From NCBI RefSeq assembly GCF_001194135.2, contig NC_068984.1, forward strand, positions 40,684,450 to 40,731,753: DNA of 47,304 bases. Reading direction: 5' to 3'. Positions 36,551 to 47,304 of the stretch are shown here, one piece after another; the stretch's first letter is position 1, and every line of letters starts with the position of its first letter. This stretch comes from Octopus bimaculoides (lineage: Eukaryota). A model generated the notes under the pieces. The model searched no databases, was not told the origin of the DNA, and was given only the letters and a program-made list of their open reading frames with translations. Made by a program: the position numbers and the translations under genes.

Positions 36551-36612
36551 TTATTATTATTATTATTAAGGCGGTGAGCTGTTAGAGTCGTTAGCACACC
36601 GGGCAAAATGCT
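35779..36612 (+). mobile_element. Head-to-tail cluster of four SINE B copies (B2 35779-35978, B3 36003-36202, B2 36297-36511, head only 36570-36612) separated by (ATT)n
   Basis: Repeated heads, central domains and tails. Confidence 0.92.
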
Positions 36613-37392
36613 GTTGTTGTCGTCATCGTCGTCATTATGGCTGATAATGCTGTTGCTGCTGCTGCTGTTTTTGGCTCTGACAAGATGTATTAGGCATCGT
36701 TCCTGTGTTTGAATTACATTTTACTGTTTCTTTTGTTCAGAATTTGGATTTATCGATATTGTATCGCGTAGAACTATTGCATTGGAAGCTGAAAAGTTTA
36801 TTTTATTGTTTTTAGCACGCACAATTTAGTTTAATCTGTTTACGTTCAACATAAAACGCCACTGAAAGATAGAAGCAATCTCCATACAAAGCAAAACCAC
36901 CGAAAACATGCTGTCCAATTGAGTACATACATCTTCACACAAACAATGACGATGTCTCTCTGGATATTGATACTAATGAGAACGATTTCGACGACGTTTT
37001 TTGTAATGAAAATAACCACTACAGCAATAGCAACATCTACAATAATACTTGCAAACAAATACAGTTTTTTTTGTTCCAAACAAGGCTAATTCCGTATTTT
37101 TAACGAGAGCAATTTAAGGTAGATGAACGGAATCGACATTTGCACATGTAATTTGCAGCATACGAACTTTGAATATTTGGATGAAAGACACCAATGTATT
37201 ACTTAAAACAAGAGCACCTCTATTTTGATCCTCCAAAGAATAGCTAGGGGGTCGTCCTTGCCTCTACCTGAAGAGAGATCTCTTACATCGGGCGATAATG
37301 GGTATATGATACCTTATGTATTGTTTTTAAGACTAAGGATGGGGCGAAGAGAATTATTGTATCACATCACTAAGCATAGCATAATCCTATAG

Positions 37393-37918
37393 TAATTAAC
37401 ACATCCAACCTAAATTGGTTGTGTTGTTTAAAATGCCTTTAACTGCTGTATATGTCTAGAGATACCATCTTGTGTTGACGATACGTGGTAATTAAGCACC
37501 GACTATAAAGGCTGATGAAATGATCGTCTGCACCGATGGATGGCAAACCATATCACGTGATTTCACCGTTACTGTGGATCGTCAGCGATACTTAGCTACG
37601 CACGGCATTCCAGAACGAAAATCAGCCCAACCGATACCGTATATTAATGGCTAAACAGCCCATAATGTCATAAAAAGCCGGTGGGATACGAATAAGTTAG
37701 CTATTACCAACAGAAGCAGTTGTTTGTAACGAATAATAATTAGCACATCCAACCTAAATTGGATTTGTTGTTTAGAACGCCTTAAACAACTGTTTATTCC
37801 CAGAAATTCCATCCCATGTTGACGATACTTGCTAATTAAGCACCGGCAATATCAGTAGACGAAATGATCGTCTGCACCAATGGATGGTCCTCACGTATCA
37901 CGTGATTTCACCGTTACT
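37393..37918 (+). repeat. Diverged direct repeat, 181 and 182 bp (37393-37573, 37737-37918)
   Basis: Shared blocks CACATCCAACCTAAATTGG, TGTTGACGATAC, TAATTAAGCACCG, GAAATGATCGTCTGCACC and ATCACGTGATTTCACCGTTACT. Confidence 0.92.
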
Positions 37919-38716
37919 ATTTGTTAAAAAGGGTAACTATTTGTCAGGAAGAATAACTATTTGTTAAGAAGCATAAACGATGATATTTTATTCGTTAATT
38001 TTCCGTTTCTTTTTCGCGTGGGAAATGTTGTCTGCAAATTAACCACCGGCTTATTTAGGTTATGTGTCTGATCCTTGTGCTGAGATGTGATTCTTTAATG
38101 CTTTACCGTCAAGTTATAGCACAGCAGCGACATGAGATACGAACTCAATATTTTTGATTGTGTAAGCGATGCTTCATCAATGTTCGTTTTAATATTAAAT
38201 CAGTGCGATAAACTGAAAGAATTGCTCATGGAAAGTACACAATGAAATATGATCTTACATAATGTCTGTTATCCCGGAACTCTGGTTCCCAGCAGCTAAG
38301 TAAACTTAAAGAAGTACAACTATTGTAGAAATAACGAAACGTCTATACTAGATTTAAACTCACAATTCCTGAGTTAGGGTCTTATACAAAACTCAATCAG
38401 CCTTGCTTCCCACTCAGCAATATTTTACAATCCCTAAGCCCAACCTCTGGTGGTGTCTCTTCATCACAATACCTCCATTTGTGCTTCACTCAATCCTTTT
38501 CACTCAGAAATTTATCCATTTCGTAGAACCGTTTTATATATATTATCACACTAAGCTATTAACTAACGTGCAGCCATTTATATTAGGCCTCAGTTAGACT
38601 CTTCTCATTCAGATATCCCAATCGACAAGACAAAGAAACCTTTAAAAAGCCCATGAAGACTTCCCACCTCTTCAAACTAACGAATAAAATGCATGCGAAT
38701 GTTAATATTATTAGTG

Positions 38717-38764
<48 letters not shown>

Positions 38765-40367
38765 CATTATTATCATTATCCTCCTCCTCCTCCTCCTCCT
38801 CCTCCTCCTCCTCATCATCATCATCATTCCTCAAATTGCAAATAGTTTAATTATATATCGGTAGAGGAACTTTGTGTGAAAATCTGTTACTGGCACGTGA
38901 AGGATGGGCTTTTATGAATTTATTCAAACCTTACTTGTATTCAAAACTTACTTGTAAACCATAAAGAATGCCGATTTGTAAAGCCTTCCGGCCACTTAAT
39001 TAATTATTTTGTTGCTATCTAAGGTTACATATGTTATTCAAGTAAATATAACTATTCATTAAATGCTAACAAATGTTAAACGTATATCTTGTTTTAGTTC
39101 TGATTATTGAAGTAAGCGAACTATTTCTTAAGCTGTTATTTCGCCATTTGAAATTTAGAAATGTAAACTAATGATCACACAGAAATATTTCTTAAAGTTT
39201 TACCTTTTACACGTGTATTGAGGGTTGCACACTCCTGTTCAACAGTATTCACTTAAAAATAAAAATTAACAACAGACGGTCTGATTTTTATAATGCAAAG
39301 GTTTATTCCGATCCTAAAACTTTGTAAATTCAGAGGAGAGTGAAATCAAAAGCAACACATGTTGGGATGTGATATAAATAAGAGATGGCACAGTAAGATA
39401 AGTCCAACCGTACCTGTTTGTCACCATCTGCTTTACACTTCTTTTTAAATATTTTCCTCTGCAAAAAATATAACTCAAAAGAGTTATAATAAACTAAACG
39501 TATTGGTTCTATTCACAATTGTGAATGTTTAATATTATCACAACTCATTCAATTATTAGTTTTTATTAAAATCTTGTCTTTTCATTGCTTCTTTTTATTT
39601 TACTATTTTTTTAATGTATTCTTTGTTAGATATCATTTGTCAACGATGTAGACAAAACAAACTCGGTTAAACCGAAGGGTATTTTATAAACTTAAAACAT
39701 AGTTTTGCTGTGGAATGAACGAAGGAATTATGCCCCAAAATGCTCTTTTCATTACAGATATCGAACGGAAAGCAATCTTCGATCTTATTGAAACCCTCGT
39801 TAGAGTTCGTTTAATTCCGTCGATGAGGTGTTGAGTAAATAAATAAATAAATAAATACAAGCTCATGGTTGTATAGAAATTGTTTCATAGTTGATTCAAG
39901 GATTTTAATTTCTAGTCATTTATATTGAGTTCAGTACCGAGTTAGTCATTTATTCTTCTACATTCTAAAGAAATAATACACTTCATAAGAATGACTTATA
40001 GGAGGCAATAATTGCGGGCAGCTCAGTAGGATTGAATCAAACACCTCAGATTACCATCCTCTTATATAAACGTTTACTGTCTAGTAAAATTAAAATATTT
40101 TGTATTCACAATTATTTCCTCTTTTCGCTAGGAAGATCAGCTTTTGAGACTGTGAGAAAGGCTTTATGCGAGTGCTTGACCTGCAAGAAATAGCGGTCAA
40201 ATCTCTTCCAAACTACTCTCTACCATCTTTAGAAAATAGGCACATTGAGCGGTTTAATTCTACATTTACTATGTTTGAGAAGAAGACAGAAATTTCATGA
40301 TTAAAATACATTTGTTCAGCTTTATCAACATAAACATAAACTATTATAAAATCTGAGAGTGTAATAT

Positions 40368-40565
40368 TGGCTTCTATTTTTGGCACAAGGCTAGTAATTT
40401 CGGGTGAGCGGGTAAGTCGATCATATCGACCCCAGTAATCAAAGTTACGAAAGATGAAAGGCAAAGTCTACCTCAGGGGAATTTGAACTCAGAACGTAAT
40501 GACTGACTAAAAGCTACTAGGCATTTTGCCTGGTATGCTAACGATTCTGCCAGCTCGCCACTTCC
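40368..40565 (-). mobile_element. SINE family B (B2) with 13-bp TSD
   Basis: GAGAGTGTAATAT at 40355-40367 and 40566-40578. Confidence 0.9.
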
Positions 40566-41400
40566 GAGAGTGTAATATCATTTGTCCTGTCACTATATTG
40601 ACTTTCATAACCAGATATATCCACCAATGAATGCTCGGTTCTATTGACTTAGTGATGTGACCACAGGGATCTAAGCTCCTCTTCTGACCATATGCACAAA
40701 GAAAGTTGAATTGAACACTGAAAGATAACGAAGCAATCGCTGATTTTACAGTGATTCCTCTAATTACTGTAGCGAACTATTATGACCTTTAATGTACTTC
40801 TTGTAATCAGATGGACCAAATTGATTAGAATTAAATTCATGATTACAGACAAAATACATTGTCAGCAAAGGAATCCGAACTTCAAAACCCCCTGAGAATA
40901 AGAGTATAAAGGTTTTGTGATGCATGGCTATGAATCTGTGCTGATTGAGGAAGAGGACAGAGGGTGGGATTTTAGGATACAAAGAGATAATTTGTCGATA
41001 AAACATAGTTGAAGATCATACCATAAAACAAGTATTCTTGTGAGATTCAAAAGTTCAACTATTTGCGGGCACTTTTGGGATGCATCGGATTCCAATACGA
41101 GAAATGGCAGGCAAGTAAAGTTGTGTGATGAGTGGGCGGGTAAAGGTTTGACTTAATGTAAGTGATGCCCTAACTTCCCAATGATTGCGAGCTTCTCCAG
41201 CTTGCTATGCGTAGTTTAAAATTGTATTTCATTTAACTCTGTGTGCGCGCGTGCGTATGTGTGTGCGTGTGTGTGTGAATTTTCATTTAATTATTTTGTA
41301 TAATCACAAAATAAATATCAATATACTGGCCACCGTTTTAATCATTCCTTCTTTACACCGTGTCTTAACCCATTTTGTAGCATGTTTTGCAGGTATAAAT

Positions 41401-41599
41401 GGACTGTTAGCACGATCGTTACGGCGTCGAAAAATTGACGGATTTTCTACGCCCTAAGTTCAAATTCTGCTGAGGTTAACTTTCCTTTTCATTCTTCTGG
41501 GATCGTTAAAACAAAGTGCTAGTCAAATACTGAGGTGAGTAGTATTGACGAACACCATCCCCTAAAATTACTGATCTTGTCCATAAAATAGAAACCACT
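41401..41599 (+). mobile_element. Degenerate SINE family B
   Basis: AAGTTCAAATTCTGCTGAGGTTAACTTTCCTTTTCATTCTT central domain, tail AAATAGAAACCA. Confidence 0.75.
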
Positions 41600-43049
41600 A
41601 TAAATTTCGCATTGAAGGAACTTTTATCTAATAGTGCATGTTGCAAGACAGATCACATTTTAGATATGACACAATTTAAATTAGTGTATGCTGCGCCTGG
41701 TATTTCCTTTTTCTAAACCATACAAAACTTTTACAGATGATCGTCAAAATAAAACAGATGTCTCCATTTGAAAAGCTAGGTGGGTATTTTTCAATATAAT
41801 TAATTAAAATAACAATTTCCCCACATGGAAAAATAAACATGTTTATTTATTTATTTGTATGTTTTACAGAAACCCTTGTTGAACAAAAGAGTTTGTTTCA
41901 ACCAGAAATACGCGTGAGATTTAACGAAGCTTTAAGCATGAAAACCTGTTTCCGATTTTTATTTTTTTATTTTTATTGATTTATTTTTTATCTTTTTTTC
42001 ACTTCTTTCTCTGGTGACCTTGCAAAGATAAGGCGTCAAAGGGTGACAATTAGCGGGCAATGATAAGCGTTGCCACACCCAGTTCATTGTGTTTATCACG
42101 GTTGGGGCCAACAAACAACCCAGATTTCTATACTTTGTATTGCACCACTATGAGGGTGTGACAGTGTTCTTCCTCCCTTTCTACCGTTTGTCGTCGATGT
42201 TAACATGTTAACATTTACAGGTGCGAGGAATTGCCAATTAATGCAGACTGTCTCGCTGTAGACCAGCACAAGATATCAAAGTAAATAGACATTGATTGTA
42301 CAAACGACTGGCCAACAACTATAGGATTCGGATATTAATGGACCCGGCACAGTATTTTCTAGGTACCTTATTTTATTATTTAAATATTTGCATTGAATAA
42401 CTATGTACACACACATACACACACACAAGCGCGTATGTGTCTATTAAGATGTGTTACACCTTAATTCATGTTTGTTTGTGTATTAAACAGTCTATATTCT
42501 ATGATAACGTTATATTATTATTCAATACTTGTATTGTGATATTTGTCGCTTTGTTGCATTTGTGGCACATACAGAAATAATATTAATAATATCATTAATA
42601 ATGATGGTAATACTTTCTTTACTTTCCACCAAGAATGCATTAATATTATACAATAGATGAACGTAGACATAGGGGCTCGAAAAGTAAAAGATGGAAAAGG
42701 TTATACAAAAACCAGAGAGAGAGAGAGGGTGGGGTGGGGTGGGGAGAAAGATGTTATGCAACACATATAAGGGTATGTTAAAAATCTGAAATAAATTAAA
42801 AGCATTGAATAACTTGGTAATTATACAGAAATATAAAATTAAGAATATATAATTTTAAAAAAACCTAATGAGTAAATAGGGTGACCTAATCCACACACGA
42901 ATGAGAATTCAAGAACCTGGTCGAATGAGAAGACAACATGAATCTGTCGGCCAGTAATTCGGTCTCTTAAAACTGAGTGCATCCAAAGGCACTCGTAAGC
43001 ATTTACTGCGTCGGTCATAGCAAAAAGCATTCAACGACCTCTGGTGTTG

Positions 43050-46000
43050 CTGTTTTCTATAATGATAAATTATTGATACATCTTCACATTCTCTCTTTTA
43101 CGTGTCTCTAGTAAAACGACCCTAAGTCTTCTGCATCATACAATACATCGTCATACTGGATTCTTAGGGACATCTTCTCGTCTACAGAACCGTAAACTTC
43201 AGGTAGTTTGGGAAAGGCCTCCTCTTACAACTTCCTGAATATACTCAGGCTTGGCTCACTTTTCTTTCTCTTTCTCTTCTTTTTCTAACCATCCGCAATA
43301 GTATGTAACTCTTCTCGAACCTCTGTTTTCTCCCCATCTGGCAAGTGGGTGAGATAGTACTATTACTGCAAAGGCATTGCTTTTTTTTGTTTTTGCATTG
43401 ATTACAGGGCTTAGCTCCGCAAAGGCACTACGGTTTTCTAAGATCGTTAGGACTTTTAAATCCATACTAACCCCTCCAGATTACATGCTACATTTCTTAG
43501 ACTCTACTCTCACAACCTGCCCACATTGCACTATGAAGGTGACAACGATCCAGTTGTCAACGTCACTGCCAATGTCTCTGAGTGTCACTCTCAGTATTGC
43601 GCTGACCCGACTATTATGATATGACTTATTGGTAGGTGTGTCTCGCATGAAATCTGCTTTTCGCCTCGCTTCGCCTCGCTTCGCCTCGCTTCGCCTTCGT
43701 TCTTGAAGAGAAAGCAACTGAAAGAGGACTCAATTACACTTTTGAGGACATGCTAAACACCCACTTTTTGTGAGGAAGATCTCAAATTACCCTTGCTTCT
43801 TTTAGGAAAAATCCAGGACTACATCTCTGTCAGATGCGAGCTGTAGAAAAGTGAGTCTGACAAACAGTAACCATACCTGTTCACTGTGAAGAAAACTTTA
43901 GAGATGCTGCATCCGCAGCACATGTTGCTCGTTAACAGCCAGTCCCCCAATCAACAGATGTTGACGGCAAAAGGATAATCTGTACAATGGAATGCATCCT
44001 CTCTAGAGAAACGAAAGAACATGCGCTCCAGGTGAAAGACATGACTGAGGAAAGACACGACGGCCAGGCGATAACAAACAGCAGAGGCAATGTATGCATT
44101 CGCCACCTCAGTCCGACCTGTCAGGGATAGCTTTCTCTTGGCCCAGTTCTTCTCCACTTAGAGATCTGGACCAAACCAGACACCGAACAGTTTAACTGGA
44201 CCGTCATTCCGGCTCTTCTAATCTACTTTAATCGCTCTTAACTCTCTCTTAACTAATTCTCTAATCCGGTTTCTGTAAGCTTGGCGCGTTTGAAAATGTA
44301 CATTTAATTTCTAGTAACGGGGTTCCTGTAAATGCAGCCTGTCTTGATCGACCGTATAGATCAGAAATTTATGATCTATATAGTCGGCGACTTTTAATTG
44401 TGGACAGCCTGTACTATCCTTGTCTGTTGGCCTACAAAATACTCTATCTTGATACGATGTGGATGACTCAATGTTGTTTGTCCATGTCCACGTTAGCGCA
44501 TTCGGGAAATCCAGTCATACATGTGAACCAATTGGCTCACAGGCTTTTGCATCCTAATTAAGTGTTTCCTTTCCCTACTAGCACTAAAGAGCACGACGTT
44601 TCCAGGAAAACTTCTGGAGACCTGAAGAAATTTGGTAGCCTCTCCCCTGTCGCGGCATACAAGTCAAAAGGCACCACCATCTGTATCTCGAGGCCAAGGC
44701 TTTTCCGAAACAGCATCGCTATTCCCCTCCTAATTCTGAGCCGAATAACAGACGCAAAGATCTCGAAGTCTTGTAAAATATGTACAAGTGCACGGGTGTC
44801 AAAAACCCTGGTTTTGTGAATGGCTATCACATCTCAACCTCGCAACCTGAAGTTTCTGAGAAGACTACCCTGCTTCCAGAGTGACCTCAGGCCGCATGCA
44901 TTTATGCACTCTACGCTCAGAACTGCCATGTTATTAAAAAAGAAAGAAAAGAAAGGGATTAATTGTCCATTTGGTCTCCATGAAATTTTGCGTTTACTTT
45001 CAGAAGTTCACTGGGAAACTACTGCTGACCCTTGCTCAGGAGCTTCCCATATTATTGGGAAAACTATCGCTTATAATTTTCTATTTCCCAATTCATCTTA
45101 ATTATTTTCAAATTTTGGGTCACGTTGGAAATGCTTGACCTGACGACCTCTTACTATCTCTCAATGTTTTCCTTTTGTGCGATAAACGACGTTAGTTTTT
45201 GATTCAGTACAAAGTCTGAGCCGGTTTGATTTGCTGATGTTGTGTTTGTATCGCTGACTGTTTGAGCTGCTCTTGTGTGTCTTTTCTTTTTGTTAAAGTA
45301 GTGTTGGAAGTGGTAGTGAAGTTGTAGTTTTGACTGTTTCACGCGAGTGAGGTTTCAGTGATGCTGCCGGGATTAAATGGTTCATTTAAGGTGGATATTG
45401 TTTTTTTAGAAAATTTCAGTGTTTTTCTTATTAAATTTATTTGTTTGTCCCTTCTCGCAAGCTGGGATATCCACTTCGCACAGATCCGATGCAAGTGAGG
45501 ATAGGGGTATGTTTATGAGTGTGTCCATGTGTGTGTTTGTATGTGAAAGGGAGGAGAGGGAGGGTAAGAGAGAGGAAGAATAAGAGTAAAGAAGAGCACG
45601 AGAGATGGAGAGTAAGAGAAAGGGAGAGCACGGGAGAGGAAGAGTAAGAGAAATGGAGAGCATGAGAGGAGTTGGTTGGAGATTTTCCTTGAGTTTTGTT
45701 TCTATTTTTGTGTCTGTCATTGTTGCTGGTGTTGGTACTGTCGTTGATGGTCTCGTCGCAGCTGCAACTGCGGTTGATAGTGGCTGTTGCTTCTGTTGGT
45801 ATAGTTATTGGTATTTGTATTGCTACTGTAGTTCTTTTTCTCTTCGGTGGTGCTACTGTCGCTGCTGCTACTGCTAGTGTTGTCGGGGCTGTGATATCGG
45901 CAGAAAAAGAGAGCCTCGTCTCCCCTGTTTTTGCTGAAGGCAGAATGGTGAACAGCCTAGCCTTCTGCACCTGAACTGCAATACGCTGATCCACTTCACT

Positions 46001-46330
46001 GTGCAAGTGGATGAGGTCTGAGATATTTTCTACATCCTCCGGTTTGACCAGGAGGAGGATCTCTACTGTGAGCCCAAACCAAATCTCCCTCTCTACCTTG
46101 CCCCTGCCATATCATCTATATTTGCCCATATTTATCTGAGAGCTCTTTCCATCTGGGCATGTGTTGCTGCTTCAAAGCGTCCGATTTCGCCGACACTCAG
46201 CGATAAAGTATCGTCTTCCATGCTGGAATGGCAACTTGAGCTCTCCTCCTATATACCTTCACATGCTGTTTCACCTATATTAGGAAAAGTGAGAAGTATT
46301 GTGTTGATTTCGGCGCTATCACAACAAAAG
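43050..46330 (-). mobile_element. Decayed L1/Tx1-like LINE: ORF1 (~46330-45000) and internally deleted ORF2 (ATG 44929)
   Basis: APE motifs CINACGLRS, DVIAIHKT, GIAMLFRK, DLYAA, LVLVG, WTWTN..SYQDRVF, YIDHK, *KLN. Then directly GPVKLFGVWFG, WAKRKLSLTGR, GGLA. No RT core (YADD) between them. Confidence 0.85.
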
Positions 46331-46339
46331 ATTGCCTGC

Positions 46340-46707
46340 CCGTAGGTCGCCCCAGTACTCAACTGGTACTTAGCGACTCCGAAATAATGAAAGGCAAGGT
46401 TTGAACTCAGAATGTAAAGACAGACGAAATACCGCTAGGCGTTTTGTTGGGCGTGCTAATGATTCTGCCAGCTCGCCGTCTTAATAACAATAATAATAAT
46501 GGTTCAAATTTTGGCACTAGTCTAGTAATTTCTGCGGAGGGAATAAGTCGAATACATCGACCTCAGTGCTCAATTGGTACTTATTTTATTAACCCCGAAA
46601 TGATGAAAGGTAAAGTTGACTTCAGCGAAATTTGAATTCAGAACATAAAGACAAACGAAATGCCGCAAACCATTTTGCCCGGCATGCTATCGACCAGCTC
46701 GCTGCCT
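46340..46707 (-). mobile_element. Two tandem SINE B copies (46340-46480, 46499-46707) separated by (AAT)n
   Basis: Heads, central domains and B2 tail. Confidence 0.88.
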
Positions 46708-47220
46708 TGATAACAACAACAACAAAAATAATTATAATTAGCCGTAAGGTTGCATGACACTAATTGTTGCACTAAAATGCTATAATATACACCAATGCTC
46801 AATTATGCATTGCGGTTTCTCTTTCTTCCTCAACCCATGTTTGTCTTTAATGTATTAGTGTCGGTTTAAGTTAAAATGGTAATCTAACGGAAACAGGAAA
46901 TATCATCTATAGACATACAAAGAATTTAAAACCTAACTTGTTTGCATAGCTCTTGATTTGTACAGAGTGTCATTAAGGACAATTTTGTTAATCTTATAGT
47001 TATAAATACCTTCGTTGCCAGTGTAATTAATACGAAATAAATTTAGAATTAAAAATCTTGCAGAAAGAAATTTACTTTTACAGTGAAGCTGCAAACAGAT
47101 TTGAAGAAAAAAGTGAATGCGCCACAGTACATAAATACATACCTACATATGTATGTGTGTGTATATGTTTGTGTATATATAGTTGTTTGCGTGTGTGTAT
47201 GTGTATATACCACCCAATAT

Positions 47221-47278
<58 letters not shown>

Positions 47279-47304
47279 ATGCATACGGATGTATGTATAT
47301 ATAT

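Noticed and set aside
37393-37918. CRISPR-like repeat-spacer array
   Set aside because: Only two long copies in a eukaryotic context, with no cas genes. The SINE clusters are likewise not CRISPR.
39330-39392. Plus-strand exon with AG..GTAAGA
   Set aside because: Stop codons in all three frames.

Overview
AT-rich animal genomic DNA with about 4.7 kb of N gaps. It is saturated with (CA/GT)n, (TA)n, (AG)n, (TACA)n and trinucleotide microsatellites and with retroposon and DNA-transposon relics. The repeat landscape suggests a coleoid cephalopod, probably Octopus (inference). I find no intact protein-coding gene, true RNA gene or CRISPR array, and nearly all listed ORFs are microsatellite or N artefacts. 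Supportable content: three high-copy tRNA-derived SINE families (here A, B, C) with modular swapped parts; decayed R4/Dong-type LINEs with restriction-like endonuclease motifs; RTE-clade LINE fragments, including a possible 5'+3' bipartite non-autonomous element; an internally deleted L1/Tx1-like LINE plus ORF1 relics; a Ty3/Gypsy 3' end with a candidate LTR; a mariner MITE with TA TSD; and a hAT-type MITE with an exact 8-bp TSD. The most unusual items are a perfect 41-bp inverted duplication inside a Dong ORF, a 181-bp diverged direct repeat with invariant motif islands, the SINE target-site and tail-swapping patterns, and a few weak candidate host exons. Family names come from recalled motifs, not database searches.
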